Below, in pieces: positions 29,158 to 39,707 of a stretch of DNA of 64,000 bases (position 1 is the first letter of the stretch; the number at the start of each line of letters is the position of its first letter). The stretch lies in NCBI GenBank assembly GCA_963829055.1, contig CAWHHI010000012.1, positions 504,696 through 568,695 on the forward strand. Reading direction: 5' to 3'. The stretch comes from an uncultured Gemmatimonadaceae bacterium (GTDB taxonomy: Bacteria > Gemmatimonadota > Gemmatimonadetes > Gemmatimonadales > Gemmatimonadaceae). The notes beneath the pieces were generated by a model that saw only the letters and a list, made by a program, of their open reading frames with translations, was not told where the DNA came from and did no database searches. The position numbers and the translations under genes were made by a program.

Positions 29158-29891
29158 CAGCGCACCGACTCGGCGCGAAGCGACGCAACCGGAGACTCCG
29201 CCATGTCCTCGTCCTCGAGTGCGTCCAGCGTTTCAGCAAGTCGGTAGCGGGCGCGGACCAGTGCCACGAACAACAGTAACAACGATACCAGCGACATGAG
29301 GAACGTCGTCAGCATGTTCCCCGGCAACGAAGGCGTACCCGGTTTGAGAATGATCGGCATCGGGTGCAGCGTGCGAAACAGATAGACGCTCAGGTGAATG
29401 AACGGCACCAGCAACGCACCGAGAACGCCCAGCACCGCCGAGTAGCGCGCGCGCACCGCCGGATCCTCGATAGCGCCTCGAAGAATGAGATACCCGACGA
29501 ACACGAACCAGATGAACAGCGTCAGCGTCAGACGCGCATCCCACGTCCACCATGTTCCCCAGATCGGCTTCCCCCACATCGGGCCGGTGACGAGCACGAC
29601 GGTCATGAACACTACCCCGACTTCAGCGGCCGACGCGGCGATGCGATCGAGGCGTTCGTCGCGAAGCCACAGGTACAGACCTCCCGCGACAGCGACGATG
29701 CCGAATGCGACGTACAACCCGATGAACGCGGACGGTACGTGTACGTAGAAGATCTTCTGCGCCGCGCCCTGCTTCGCCTCCGGGGGCGTGAAGTAGATCG
29801 CACGCACGAACGTGGCAATGAGCGCGAGGATGGCGACGGGGAGCAACCAGTCAGAGCCGCGGCGCTCTCTTGCCGGCGGTGATCCAGTCAT
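29157..29891 (-). CDS. ccmC: Cytochrome c biogenesis protein CcmC
   Basis: IFYVHVP; WGKPIWGTWWTWDARLT (WWD motif); TLHP. Confidence 0.95.
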   Translation of the reverse strand: MTGSPPARERRGSDWLLPVAILALIATFVRAIYFTPPEAKQGAAQKIFYVHVPSAFIGLYVAFGIVAVAGGLYLWLRDERLDRIAASAAEVGVVFMTVVLVTGPMWGKPIWGTWWTWDARLTLTLFIWFVFVGYLILRGAIEDPAVRARYSAVLGVLGALLVPFIHLSVYLFRTLHPMPIILKPGTPSLPGNMLTTFLMSLVSLLLLFVALVRARYRLAETLDALEDEDMAESPVASLRAESVR

Positions 29892-29911
29892 TGGATGGCG
29901 GTAGGCGGGAT

Positions 29912-30607
29912 TCAGTCTTCGAGCGTGAACGGAAACGCGAGCGCGCACGCGACGACGAACACGATGTCGAACGCGATCAGGATTCTCAACCAACTCATCG
30001 CTTCCGACACTGGTCGCCCTGCGAGCAAACGCGCGGTCGATTGCGCGGCGGGGAGAACAACCGGAACGAAGAACGGCAACGCGAGCACGGGCAACAATAG
30101 CTCCGACAGTCGAGTGTTCGCGGTCATCGCGCTGAACAGCGTCCCTATGCTGACGAGGCCAATGGCCGCGAGCACCGCGATCGCGATGAGCGGTCCGAGG
30201 ACGCGCGTCAGCGGAAGGTTGTAGAACAGCGCGACAGCGGGAATCGCCAGCGCCTGTACACCGAGCACGAACACGAGGTTCGCGAACGCCTTGCCGAGGA
30301 ACACGGCTTCGCGCTCGATCGGTGATGCGAGAAGCGCGTCGATCGCCCGATCAGCCTCTTCGACACCGAACGATCGGTGTAGACCCAACAGGCCTGAGAA
30401 CGTGAAGATGACCCACAGAACACCAGGCGCGAGATCGATCGCGCTCACCGCCGTCGCATCCCACGCGAAATAGAAAATCACGATCGCGAGGAGAGCAAAC
30501 ACGAGTGCGGCGAGGAACGCGCTACGCGTGCGGAACTCGATCGCGAGATCTTTTCGCGCGATGAGCGCGGCGGCCGCGAACGTGCCCGGGGGAATGCGAG
30601 CGCTCAT
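29912..30607 (-). CDS. ccmB: Heme exporter permease CcmB
   Basis: KDLAIEFR; APGVLWV; ELLLPVLALP. Confidence 0.92.
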   Translation of the reverse strand: MSARIPPGTFAAAALIARKDLAIEFRTRSAFLAALVFALLAIVIFYFAWDATAVSAIDLAPGVLWVIFTFSGLLGLHRSFGVEEADRAIDALLASPIEREAVFLGKAFANLVFVLGVQALAIPAVALFYNLPLTRVLGPLIAIAVLAAIGLVSIGTLFSAMTANTRLSELLLPVLALPFFVPVVLPAAQSTARLLAGRPVSEAMSWLRILIAFDIVFVVACALAFPFTLED

Positions 30608-31308
30608 CGCGTCACTGCCTCGCGATATGCCTCGCGATACGTCTCGAGCTCCACATCGCCGCGCGGTTCGTGGGTGAGGAATCGGCCGTCGCGCATGATC
30701 GCGGTGTGAGACGCGAGCGCGAGTCCTTCGCCGAGGTGATGTGTCACCAGCACGAGCGAAGCCCCACTGGCCTTGAGCGATCGAAGCGCGTCGCTCAGTG
30801 CCGACGCGCCGCCTTCGTCGAGGCCCGTGTACGGCTCATCGAGCAGCACCACCCGAGGATCGTGCACGATGGCTCGCGCGATCGACACTCGTTGCTGCAT
30901 TCCTCGGCTGAGCGAGCGGACCGGCGAGTCGGCCCGATCCTGCAGCCGCATGCGCTGGAGCGCACGAAGCGCCGCGTCGCGCGGTGCGAGGACGCCATAC
31001 ATGCGCGCCGTGAACTCGACGTTCTCGAGCGCGGTGAGCGCCGAGTACAACATGCTCTGATGCGAGATCAACCCCACGACGGATCGCGCGGCGGCGCCCC
31101 CGGGTAACGCGACGCCATCGATGCGTGCGTTTCCGCTCGTGGGACGCAGGAGGCCAGCGAGGACGCGTAGCAGCGTGGTCTTGCCGGCACCGTTAGGCCC
31201 GAAGAGCGCCAGGCATTCGCCTCGATGCACAGCAAACGTCAGCGCTCGCACCGCGACGCGACGTCCGAAGCTTCTGGTGAGCCCGCTGGCCTCGATCGTC
31301 GGAGGCAT
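30604..31308 (-). CDS. ccmA: Heme exporter ATPase CcmA
   Basis: GPNGAGKTT; LSRGMQQR; LLDEPYTGLD; adjacent to ccmB. Confidence 0.9.
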   Translation of the reverse strand: MPPTIEASGLTRSFGRRVAVRALTFAVHRGECLALFGPNGAGKTTLLRVLAGLLRPTSGNARIDGVALPGGAAARSVVGLISHQSMLYSALTALENVEFTARMYGVLAPRDAALRALQRMRLQDRADSPVRSLSRGMQQRVSIARAIVHDPRVVLLDEPYTGLDEGGASALSDALRSLKASGASLVLVTHHLGEGLALASHTAIMRDGRFLTHEPRGDVELETYREAYREAVTR

Positions 31309-31516
31309 ATTCCCCGACGTACGAGCCTGCGCTAGCGAGGCCGTGTGTGAGGGTTCGGTCGGCGTGGCGGCGTGAGGCACGACCGAACGTTAGCCGCAGG
31401 AGGTAGGCGGTGGGTAGGATACGAAACGGCGACCGCGTTGCCGCGGCCGCCGTACGTGAGGGATCGAGGTGCGTGCACATCGAAGGGGGCCACGACATGC
31501 ACGCCTCTCGAACCAC

Positions 31517-31828
31517 TCAGTCGATCAACTCGAAGAGAAAATCGAGCATTGTGAGTTTGAGCAAATTGCGGACCCGCTCGGGTGCACGACGCAAGGAAGT
31601 CGACAACCCACGCTCCTTCGCGCGTTTCTGGAGCAGTACGAGGATGCCCAGCCCGCTCGCATCGAGCTCCACCGTCTGCCCCATGTCGATGGCGAGTGCC
31701 CCGTCCGCAGGCTGCAGGCGCTCGAGGTGCGCCAATGCTGCCGTGCGAAAATCGGCCCGTGTGGACGCGACGAGCCTTTCAGGGGCGACCAATACGTTCC
31801 CCGTTGTGTTGTCAATTGCGGCGCACAT
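31517..31828 (-). CDS. STAS-domain anti-sigma factor antagonist
   Basis: IDMGQTVELDASGLGILV; RVRNLLKLTMLDFLF. Confidence 0.85.
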   Translation of the reverse strand: MCAAIDNTTGNVLVAPERLVASTRADFRTAALAHLERLQPADGALAIDMGQTVELDASGLGILVLLQKRAKERGLSTSLRRAPERVRNLLKLTMLDFLFELID

Positions 31829-31904
31829 AAACAGAACCCTCCGATCGGCGACGAGCACACACCGCGGACCAGGAGGAGTCAGATGCCGAGCTTCCCGGCG
31901 GACA

Positions 31905-31993
31905 CCTTCGGCAGCCGGACGATCTCACCACGTTGTGTGGGGCGAGACTCCTGGCTTTGCGGCCCCGCCTCGCGGCGGGTGTGCTCTTGTCGA
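31905..31993 (-). ncRNA. GEMM-I (c-di-GMP-I class) riboswitch with A at position 20 (cGAMP-type)
   Basis: UCGACAAGAGCACACCCGCC-GCGA-GGCGGGGCCGCAAAGCC-AGGAGUCUC...GAGAUCGUCCGGCUGCCGA: P2 with GNRA loop, GCAAAGC junction, P3, GCCGA end; in the leader of the STAS gene. Confidence 0.85.
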
Positions 31994-32028
31994 GTGACGC
32001 TTGCCCTTCGATTTGCCATCGGTCAGAA

Positions 32029-32043
32029 GCGACTACCATGCCA
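32029..32043 (-). promoter_or_regulatory. Putative sigma-54 -24/-12 promoter upstream of the riboswitch
   Basis: TGGCATGGTAGTCGC (GG-N10-GC). Confidence 0.4.
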
Positions 32044-32308
32044 GCGTGGGCATGAACCGTCACGACGTTGACGTTGAAGCACTTAACATTTTGCGCTCCG
32101 ACCAAGCACCCTGTTGCGGCACCGCACTGTGCCGCAGCATCCGAACAACGCGACGGTGTCCGATTCCTCGACGGGCACCTCGACCGAGTGTCCGATCCGG
32201 ATGTCTTCTTGCTCGACTACCGGCCGTTAAGCTATCAGCTATCAATTACCAGCGACCAGCGCGAGCAGCCAGCCACCAGCGCATTCCCAAGATCCGTCTC
32301 CCAAGGCC

Positions 32309-34309
32309 ATGTCCGAAGACATTGACGTCCTTCTTCATGAGCATCGCAAGTTCGAGCCGCCCGAAGCGTTCCGGCGCGACGCGCACGTATCGTCAACGGA
32401 GCTGTATCGCGAGGCTGAGCGTGACCCGGAACGCTTCTGGGCTCACATGGCGGGCGCCCTCGAGTGGTCGCGACCATGGGACACGGTGCTCGAATGGACG
32501 CCGCCTCACGCGAAGTGGTTCGTGGGCGGAAAGCTCAATGCGTCCGTCAACTGTCTCGATCGTCACATTCGGACCGCGCGCCGCAACAAGGCTGCGCTGA
32601 TCTTCGAGGGCGAGCCCGGCGATCGGCGCACGCTCACGTACTGGGACCTCTACGTCGAGGTCAACAAGTTCGCGAACGTGCTCAAACGACTTGGCGTTAG
32701 GCGCGGGGATCGCGTCGGCATCTACATGCCGCTCATCCCCGAAGTCGTGATCGCGATGCTCGCCTGTGCGCGCATCGGCGCCATCCACTCCGTGGTGTTC
32801 GGCGGCTTCTCCTCCGAGTCGCTGCGCGACCGCATGAACGACGCGAAGGCGAAGGTCGTCATCACGGCGGACGGCGGCTATCGGCGCGGGCAGATCGTCC
32901 CGCTCAAGCGCAACACCGATAAGGCGCTCGAAGGAGCACCGACCGTGGAGCACGTGATCGTCGTCATGCGCCGCCCGGGCGCGGGAGGCGACGAGGCGTT
33001 CGCCCACATGCAGGAAGGGCGCGATCACTGGTGGCACCGACTCATGGCCGACGCACCAGCGTTCTGCGAGCCCGAAGCGATGGACGCCGAGGACGTGCTG
33101 TACATCCTCTACACGTCCGGCACGACGGGCAAGCCGAAGGGCATCGTCCACACCACTGGCGGCTACCTCACCGGCGTCACAGCGACGGCGAAGCTCGTTT
33201 TCGACCTCCGCGACGACGACGTGTTCTGGTGTACCGCCGACGTAGGCTGGGTGACCGGTCACTCGTATGTCGTGTACGGCCCGCTCGCCAATGGCGCGAC
33301 GTGCGTGATGTACGAAGGCGCGCCCGATTGGCCGGACAAGGACCGATTCTGGGAGATCTGCGCGCGCCACGGCGTGACCATCCTGTATACCGCACCGACC
33401 GCCATTCGCGCATTCATGAAGTGGGGCAACCAGTACCCCGCCCGCCATGATCTCAGCCGGCTGCGCTTGTTAGGCAGCGTCGGGGAGCCGATCAATCCCG
33501 AAGCCTGGATGTGGTATCACGAGCACATAGGCGGACGACGTTGCCCCATCGTGGACACGTGGTGGCAGACGGAGACCGGAGCCATTGCCATCTCCCCGCT
33601 TCCGGGTGTCACCGCCACGAAGCCCGGCAGCGCGACGACCGCGCTGCCCGGATTCTCCGCCGAGCTGCTCGACGCGCAAGCGAATCCGATTCCGGTGGGC
33701 GGCGGACTGCTCGCCATCACACGGCCGTGGCCGTCGATGCTGCGCACCATCTGGGAAGACGACGCCCGGTATGTGCAGACCTACTTCTCGAAATGGCCCG
33801 GGCGCCCAGACCTCTACTTCCCAGGCGACGGCGCCAAGCGCGACGCGGATGGCTACTTCTGGATCCTCGGCCGCGTGGACGACGTGTTGAACGTCGCCGG
33901 GCATCGCATCGGAACGATGGAGGTGGAGTCGGCGCTGGTCGAGCATCCTGCGGTCGCCGAAGCCGCCGTGGTCGGAAAGACGCACGCGATCAAGGGCCAG
34001 GCGATCGCCGCGTTCGTCACGTTGCGCGAAGGCCAGAACCCGACGTCCGAGCTGCGTGACGAGCTCCGGCAGTTCGTCGCCGACAAGATCGGCGCGCTCG
34101 CGCGGCCAGATGATATTCTTTTTTCCGCCGATCTGCCGAAGACACGCTCCGGGAAGATCATGCGTCGCCTGCTTCGCGACATTGCGGAAAATCGCATGCT
34201 CGGCGACACGACCACGCTCGCCGATCCGAATGTCGTCGCAAACCTCGCGGGGGAATGGCAGTCGGGGCAGTCGCCTATCGCGCGCGAGGGGATCGAAGAG
34301 GAGGAATGA
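32309..34309 (+). CDS. acs: Acetyl-CoA synthetase
   Basis: [32 protein letters not shown]. Confidence 0.97.
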   Translation: MSEDIDVLLHEHRKFEPPEAFRRDAHVSSTELYREAERDPERFWAHMAGALEWSRPWDTVLEWTPPHAKWFVGGKLNASVNCLDRHIRTARRNKAALIFEGEPGDRRTLTYWDLYVEVNKFANVLKRLGVRRGDRVGIYMPLIPEVVIAMLACARIGAIHSVVFGGFSSESLRDRMNDAKAKVVITADGGYRRGQIVPLKRNTDKALEGAPTVEHVIVVMRRPGAGGDEAFAHMQEGRDHWWHRLMADAPAFCEPEAMDAEDVLYILYTSGTTGKPKGIVHTTGGYLTGVTATAKLVFDLRDDDVFWCTADVGWVTGHSYVVYGPLANGATCVMYEGAPDWPDKDRFWEICARHGVTILYTAPTAIRAFMKWGNQYPARHDLSRLRLLGSVGEPINPEAWMWYHEHIGGRRCPIVDTWWQTETGAIAISPLPGVTATKPGSATTALPGFSAELLDAQANPIPVGGGLLAITRPWPSMLRTIWEDDARYVQTYFSKWPGRPDLYFPGDGAKRDADGYFWILGRVDDVLNVAGHRIGTMEVESALVEHPAVAEAAVVGKTHAIKGQAIAAFVTLREGQNPTSELRDELRQFVADKIGALARPDDILFSADLPKTRSGKIMRRLLRDIAENRMLGDTTTLADPNVVANLAGEWQSGQSPIAREGIEEEE

Positions 34310-34443
34310 CGCGTGCGAGGCCAACGAAGGGCCTTAGCTCAAATCTGTTTGAGATTGAACCGATAGTGGCGTATTGTTGAGTGAGGCGTCTACGGGGCGT
34401 CACGCGTGACGCCCGACCGTTTCTCGCCGAGGCTTGAGCCCGT

Positions 34444-34818
34444 ATGCTCGGACGGCTGTTCCCAGAATCGTTGTTTCCGCGCAAGCTCGACCCGACGGCC
34501 GAACGCCGCATTCGGTTGGCACAGGCGCGCGCCGAGGAATCGGTCATCCGCGCGCACGTGGACAACGCGCTGATGTTCGTCGACACGCTCGCCGAAGACC
34601 TCGCGTTCGATCGCGCGATCGACACGTATATCCGCGTGATGGGCATCCCCGAGCCGCTCGCGAGTACGGTTGCGACGCGCACGCTCGTTGTCCTTGGCCA
34701 GGACCTCGTTCCATTTCGCCGACGAGCGCGCGATGGCGATCCGGGTGAAGACGACTCACGCCCGAAGCTCCGCCTGGACGACGCGTCCGACAGCCGCTCG
34801 CGAATCCGCAGAGCCTAG
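34444..34818 (+). CDS. Hypothetical protein
   Basis: Clean ORF with protein-like composition (EESVIRAHVDNALMFV). Confidence 0.7.
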   Translation: MLGRLFPESLFPRKLDPTAERRIRLAQARAEESVIRAHVDNALMFVDTLAEDLAFDRAIDTYIRVMGIPEPLASTVATRTLVVLGQDLVPFRRRARDGDPGEDDSRPKLRLDDASDSRSRIRRA

Positions 34819-34998
34819 CTGACCCTTCGCGATCCGTCCCGCTGCTCGCTGCGCGCAGCGCGTGGTGTGCCGACCACTAATAGCAGCGACGAGCAGGCGC
34901 GTGGTGTACCTGGCGCTAATAGCACCAGCGGGCAGCGTGCGGCCGCAGCATGCAGCCGTCGGCAAGGCAGCGTGCAGCCCAGCGGCTCGGGGCCGGTT

Positions 34999-35430
34999 CT
35001 AGGCTGCCTCGGGTCGAAAATCCCGTAGCTCGGCGATGCTCACAAGAAACATCACGAGAACTATGCAAGCGCTTATCACACACCACATACAGATCGCGTG
35101 TATGACAAACAACTCGAGGTAGGTGAGCCAGCCCGAGAACAAGGTTCCCCACCCCGTGAGCACCGCGAGCGCGACCGCCATCTTTCGCGAATCTGCGTAG
35201 CGCTCCTGAATGCTCGTGAACGCAAGCGCGAGCGACACCACGTAGAAGCCCAGCCCCCACGCGGCGACCGGCATGCCAAGGAACGTGGCCCATCGGCTCG
35301 TGTTGACTGTCTCACACGAGCCGACCGCGCACTGCAGCGTTCCGATATAGCCAAGCTTGTACAGCGTGAGATAGGTCGACACGAACACGCCAATGAGCGC
35401 GAGCGTGCCGACGATCATCCGCTTCGTCAT
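34999..35430 (-). CDS. VKOR-family disulfide bond formation protein (in frame with upstream DsbA in this assembly)
   Basis: CAVGSCETVNTSRWA; GMPVAAWG; CMWC. Confidence 0.9.
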   Translation of the reverse strand: MTKRMIVGTLALIGVFVSTYLTLYKLGYIGTLQCAVGSCETVNTSRWATFLGMPVAAWGLGFYVVSLALAFTSIQERYADSRKMAVALAVLTGWGTLFSGWLTYLELFVIHAICMWCVISACIVLVMFLVSIAELRDFRPEAA

Positions 35431-36189
35431 CTGACCGCCCGGGCCCTTCGCGGGAACAGAGACCGAGCGCCCGGTGTCGCCACCCGATGCCGGTTTTGTC
35501 GAATCGCTCTTCGCGAGCGCGAGGGCCGAGTCCACCAGCGCCTTGAAGTGGTCGTAGCTGATTGCCCCGCCCACCATCTTGTTTCCGATGACGAACGTGG
35601 GCGTCTGGCTGGCGCCACGTTTGGTCGCCATCTGCTCGTTGGCCTTGATGCGCGGTTCGTACTTCTTCGCGTCGAAGCACGCCTCCCACTTGTTGGCGTC
35701 CATTCCAAGCGCCTTCGCGTACTCCAGGAACTTGGACTTCGGACGGCTCGTCGCCTGGCCGTTCCACTGGTCCTGGGCGTTGAAGAGCTGGTCGTGCATC
35801 TCCCAGAACTTGCCCTGCTCATCGGCGCACGCCGCGGCGTTGGATGCCGCCCACGTGTTCTTGTGCATGGGCAGCGGGTAGTCGTAGAAGCGGTAGCTGA
35901 TCGTGCCCGGCTCGATCAAGCGCTTTCTGATATCCGGCTCGGCGAGCGTCGCGAACTGGCCGCACGCGGGACACTCGAAGTCCGCGAACTCGATCACCTG
36001 GACCGGCGCGTCCACCTTGCCGAGCAGGTAACCTTGCGCCTCGCCCGCTGCAATGGCGGGCGCGTCCACGGTCGTCGCGACGTTCTTCGGCCGGCTGGCG
36101 ACGTACGCCAGTGCGCCAATGCCTGCGACGGCGATGACCGCGATTGCTGCGTAGAACGGCGTCTTCGATTTGGCCTTTGATTTCCTCAC
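35431..36189 (-). CDS. DsbA-family thioredoxin-fold protein
   Basis: N-terminal TM; EFADFECPAC; TPTF; GTG start overlapping the upstream stop. Confidence 0.88.
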
Positions 36190-36485
36190 CACTTCGGCTC
36201 GTCGTCCTCGTCCGGCTTCCAGTCTGTCTTTTGCCATGTGTTGTCCTGGTTGTCCGCCGCCTCAGCGACGATCCGACGATTCTCCGCGACCTCGGGGGTG
36301 TCGTAAGTCGCACGAACTTCGTAGTGAAATAGCTCGCTTCTCACGTCGCCAATAAGGCGCATGAGCTCCCCGGCCTGCTGCAACAATTCTCCGCGCGCAT
36401 CCATCTCGACAATGCGTGCCGCCAGATTGCGAAGCAGCGCCTCGAGCTTTCGCGCCCGCTCCTCGCCGTACGTCTCGTCCGCCAT
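36186..36485 (-). CDS. Hypothetical protein (99 aa)
   Basis: MADETYGEERARKLEALL...; GTGA-coupled to the DsbA gene. Confidence 0.7.
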   Translation of the reverse strand: MADETYGEERARKLEALLRNLAARIVEMDARGELLQQAGELMRLIGDVRSELFHYEVRATYDTPEVAENRRIVAEAADNQDNTWQKTDWKPDEDDEPKW

Positions 36486-36764
36486 GCTGCCAGATCGCGT
36501 GGAGTGGTGGATCAGTTGGGTTGCGAAAACTAGGGAGCCGCCAGAGGAGCGGCAACGCCGTGCGTCGCGCGCCCGGGTGCTGGAAGTGTCAATCGTCGGC
36601 GCTGTGGCGCGCGGGCTCGCGGAGCGTCGAGGTGCTGGCCCCATCGGCCCCGGTACGACTAGCTTACCCCGCGATTCGGCACGCCGTTTCGCTCGACGAC
36701 ACTCGACCCCGGGTTTTCTCCCATCGACGCCGATCTCCTCCGCATTCCCGTCGGACCTGGCGCC

Positions 36765-37661
36765 ATGCACGTCGAGCGCTACGGACACGGCGGAGCGCCG
36801 GTGGTGCTGATTCACGGCTTCGGCACCTGCAGCTTCCTGTGGCGGAACGTGGCGCCCGCGCTCGCCGTCACGCAGCACACGGCCTACGCGGTCGACCTGC
36901 TCGGCTACGGGGAGTCCGACCGTCCCTTCGATGCCGACTTCGGCCTCGCGGCTCAGGCGGACTATCTCGAGCGGGCTCTCACGGCGCTCCGCGTCGCGCG
37001 TGCGGCCGTCGTCGGGGTGGACATCGGTGCTGCCATAGCGCTCCGGCTGGCCGCGCTCAGGCCGGAGAGAGTCGCTCGGCTGGTGCTGATCAATCCGGTC
37101 CCCCTGGAGGATCTCCCGGCGGGCGACGTCCGCGCAATGCAGCGCAACACCGCCCGATTCGCCCTTCGCGTCTCGCGCGGACTGTTCGGCGCATCGCCGC
37201 TCCTGACGCCGATCCTCACGGAAAGCGTCGCAACGCCTGAGCACATGCCGCCGGCACTGGTTGGCCGGTATCTGGCGCCGTTCATCGGCCAGGAGGGCGT
37301 GACGCACTTGTTGGCGCTCGCCCGCGCAATCCGTACGGACGACACCGACGACATCGACCTCAGCCAGGTTCGCGCGCACTCGCTCATCGTCCGAGGCGAG
37401 AAGGACGTATGGGTCGAGCCGACCGTGGCCGAGAAGCTCGCGACCGAGCTCCCCGGGTGTCGTGTCGTGAACTTTCCGGACGCTGCGCGATTAGTCCCGG
37501 AGGAAGCGCCGGACGAACTCGCGGACCTTATTGCGTCGTTCGTATCGCCCCATGTCAGCCGAGGTGGCGACGCCCCGGAATCGCTCGGAGGATCGCTCGC
37601 CGAACCCTTTGCTGAGCATTCGCCGACGGATAGTGGAACGACTGGGGGTGAAACGGCGTAA
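36765..37661 (+). CDS. Alpha/beta-fold hydrolase (atypical nucleophile elbow)
   Basis: LIHGFG; DLLGYGESD; GVDIG in place of GxSxG; ARLVPEE in place of the catalytic His. Confidence 0.8.
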   Translation: MHVERYGHGGAPVVLIHGFGTCSFLWRNVAPALAVTQHTAYAVDLLGYGESDRPFDADFGLAAQADYLERALTALRVARAAVVGVDIGAAIALRLAALRPERVARLVLINPVPLEDLPAGDVRAMQRNTARFALRVSRGLFGASPLLTPILTESVATPEHMPPALVGRYLAPFIGQEGVTHLLALARAIRTDDTDDIDLSQVRAHSLIVRGEKDVWVEPTVAEKLATELPGCRVVNFPDAARLVPEEAPDELADLIASFVSPHVSRGGDAPESLGGSLAEPFAEHSPTDSGTTGGETA

Positions 37662-37756
37662 ATGTTGACGTCACGCGAACGTGTGCAGCCAAACAAACGG
37701 CTTTCGATGCGTCGTCGGTTTGCGTTAGATTTGTGTTACCCCTACTCAAGGAATTC

Positions 37757-38035
37757 ATGGCCAAACAGAAGGCACGTCGTCGCAGAGAGGTTGCGGAGCC
37801 AACAGTGTTCGAGCAGGCCCGCGACGAGATGTTCCAGCACGTGATGCGTTGCGGTGTTATCGGCGCTGACCCGGAACACCAGGTCGAGTGGTTCGACGAA
37901 ACCATGCGGTACCTCGGCGAGCGGTACCATGAGCTGTCCGATGGCGAGCTCAAGGATCTCCGCACGCTCGGTGAACGGTTCGCGGCACCTCCAAAAGCGA
38001 AGACTCCGGAAGTCGATGCCGCTTCGGCGGCGTAG
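37757..38035 (+). CDS. Hypothetical protein
   Basis: AAGGA RBS; MAKQKARRR...; followed by a hairpin. Confidence 0.75.
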   Translation: MAKQKARRRREVAEPTVFEQARDEMFQHVMRCGVIGADPEHQVEWFDETMRYLGERYHELSDGELKDLRTLGERFAAPPKAKTPEVDAASAA

Positions 38036-38052
38036 ACCTCAGTTGCGATAGA

Positions 38053-38080
38053 AACGCCCCGCTCTCGGGGCGTTCTTGTT
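38053..38080 (+). terminator. Intrinsic terminator
   Basis: aacgcccc-gctctc-ggggcgtt followed by cttgtt. Confidence 0.65.
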
Positions 38081-38162
38081 ATCGCTCGCGGTGGCGCGAG
38101 CCGTGACCCGTAGTGCCTCGAGGCAGGCGAGGCGAGTCCGGACCTGTGCGCCCTAACGACGC

Positions 38163-38682
38163 TCAGCGGCGACCGGGCATCGCGCGGCGGACGACGACCC
38201 CGAAGCGCGCGCCGCCACCGAACCCTACCTCGAACGCCGGCATCATCCGCCCGACCGCCGGACCCTCGATGCCTAACGCGCCGATCAGCACGCCGCGCCA
38301 GTGTTCGTCGCCGTCGTAGATCGCGCCCAGGCCGCCGCTGCCATATGGTGCCCAGCGGAATTCCCGGAGCGGATCCACCACGAATCGCACGAGTCCGTCG
38401 ACACGCCCCGCAGCCATCGCGTTTCCGTTCGACCACGCCTGACCCGCGGCGGCGACGAGTCCCAGCCGCACGTACGTGCTCGCTGGTACGCTGAACCCGA
38501 CACCGACATGCGCGGCGGGCGCGCGCGCGCCCACGAAATCTGCGCGCGCTTCCGGTTGCACTCGCGCACTTCCGGGACCTGCCGTTCCGCTGCGCGTGAA
38601 CGTCTCGCGCGGCGCCGGAAATGATGGCGATGGTTGCGATCCGAAGTACCAGCGGCCAGCCCGGAGTGGCGATGCGCCTCAC
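38163..38682 (-). CDS. Hypothetical secreted/small beta-barrel protein (probable frameshift near 38570)
   Basis: Signal-like N-terminus in one frame; Gly/aromatic beta-strands (EVGFGGGARFGVVV) in ORF 38163-38561. Confidence 0.55.
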
Positions 38683-39203
38683 GTCGTGCGCTCGCGCCAG
38701 AGCGTGAGCGTGTAGTCCGCAATCGACGCGGCCGACGCCGCACCGACCACAATGACGAGCATCGGCACCGCGGGGGTCGCGATGAGGACGGCGACGAGCG
38801 TGAGCAATTGGAGCGCCGTCACGAGCTTGCCCAGCCAGCGCGCGCGAAACTCGACCGCGCGCAGCCACGGCACCGATCGCGCGACGAAATAGCCGATCAG
38901 CGTCGCGATGTCGCGTGACAACAGCGTGAAGAACGCCGCGGTGGAGATCGCGCCTTCGACCAGAAACGCGCACATCGCCGTGAACACGAACACGCGATCG
39001 GCGATCGGGTCGATCAGCGCCCCGGATCGACTCGTCGCATGCTGGCGGCGGGCCAGCCAGCCATCGAGGAAGTCGGTTCCCGACGCGACTGCGACGAGCG
39101 TGAACCGCGCGATCGGGTCGCGCGCAGCGACGAATACCGCCGCGAGCACGAGGCGCGACATCGATACGGCGTTCGGTAGCGTCACCAGGCGCTCGCGGTT
39201 CAT
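38679..39203 (-). CDS. CDP-alcohol phosphatidyltransferase
   Basis: TLPNAVSMSR; TDFLDGWLARR...GALIDPIADR. Confidence 0.92.
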   Translation of the reverse strand: MNRERLVTLPNAVSMSRLVLAAVFVAARDPIARFTLVAVASGTDFLDGWLARRQHATSRSGALIDPIADRVFVFTAMCAFLVEGAISTAAFFTLLSRDIATLIGYFVARSVPWLRAVEFRARWLGKLVTALQLLTLVAVLIATPAVPMLVIVVGAASAASIADYTLTLWRERTT

Positions 39204-39346
39204 GTCCCCAAAGTAACGGCGCGCGTCGGCGCGCGGCCAGCGTGTGACGCCGTTCCTTGTGTTCGTCTGTGAGCGCGGGTATCCTGACCCGTGCCGCTGC
39301 TCGAGCGGCATTCGTCGCCCTGGAGGCTCGAACCCGCGTGCCGCCG

Positions 39347-39679
39347 ATGTTCAGTCACCTCAGCGCCGATTTCATCGGTGCTCTGCCCTCGCAACTCGGC
39401 GACTCGGCGTTGATCAGCGGGCTGTTGATCGCGAGCGCTGGCGCCGCCGGATTCACGGCCGTCGGAGCTCCCATCGCGCGCAAGCATCCGGGCGACGCGG
39501 TGAGTGCCGTGCTGCTGCTCGATGATTGCCACATGTCGGCGCACACGTTCCCCGCGCGACAGCTCATGCTGCTCGACATCCTGACGCGCTCCGACCATGA
39601 CTCGCAGAAAGCGCTGGATGTCTTCACGCGCCGTGTGACGGCGCGCGAGGTGCGATGCGAGAAGCGAGCGCGCGGGTGA
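39347..39679 (+). CDS. S-adenosylmethionine decarboxylase-like protein (SpeD/SpeH class 1b fold), degenerate
   Basis: AVSAVLLLDDCHMSAHTFP...LLDILT aligns by eye to G.S..LL.ESH.S.HT.PE...D.FTC. Confidence 0.65.
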   Translation: MFSHLSADFIGALPSQLGDSALISGLLIASAGAAGFTAVGAPIARKHPGDAVSAVLLLDDCHMSAHTFPARQLMLLDILTRSDHDSQKALDVFTRRVTAREVRCEKRARG

Positions 39680-39707
39680 CGCGCGAGTCGCCACGAAGGA
39701 CCGTGCC

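Noticed and set aside
32001..32308. ORFs between the riboswitch promoter region and acs
   Set aside because: No recognisable motifs or RBS; likely a divergent promoter/leader region.
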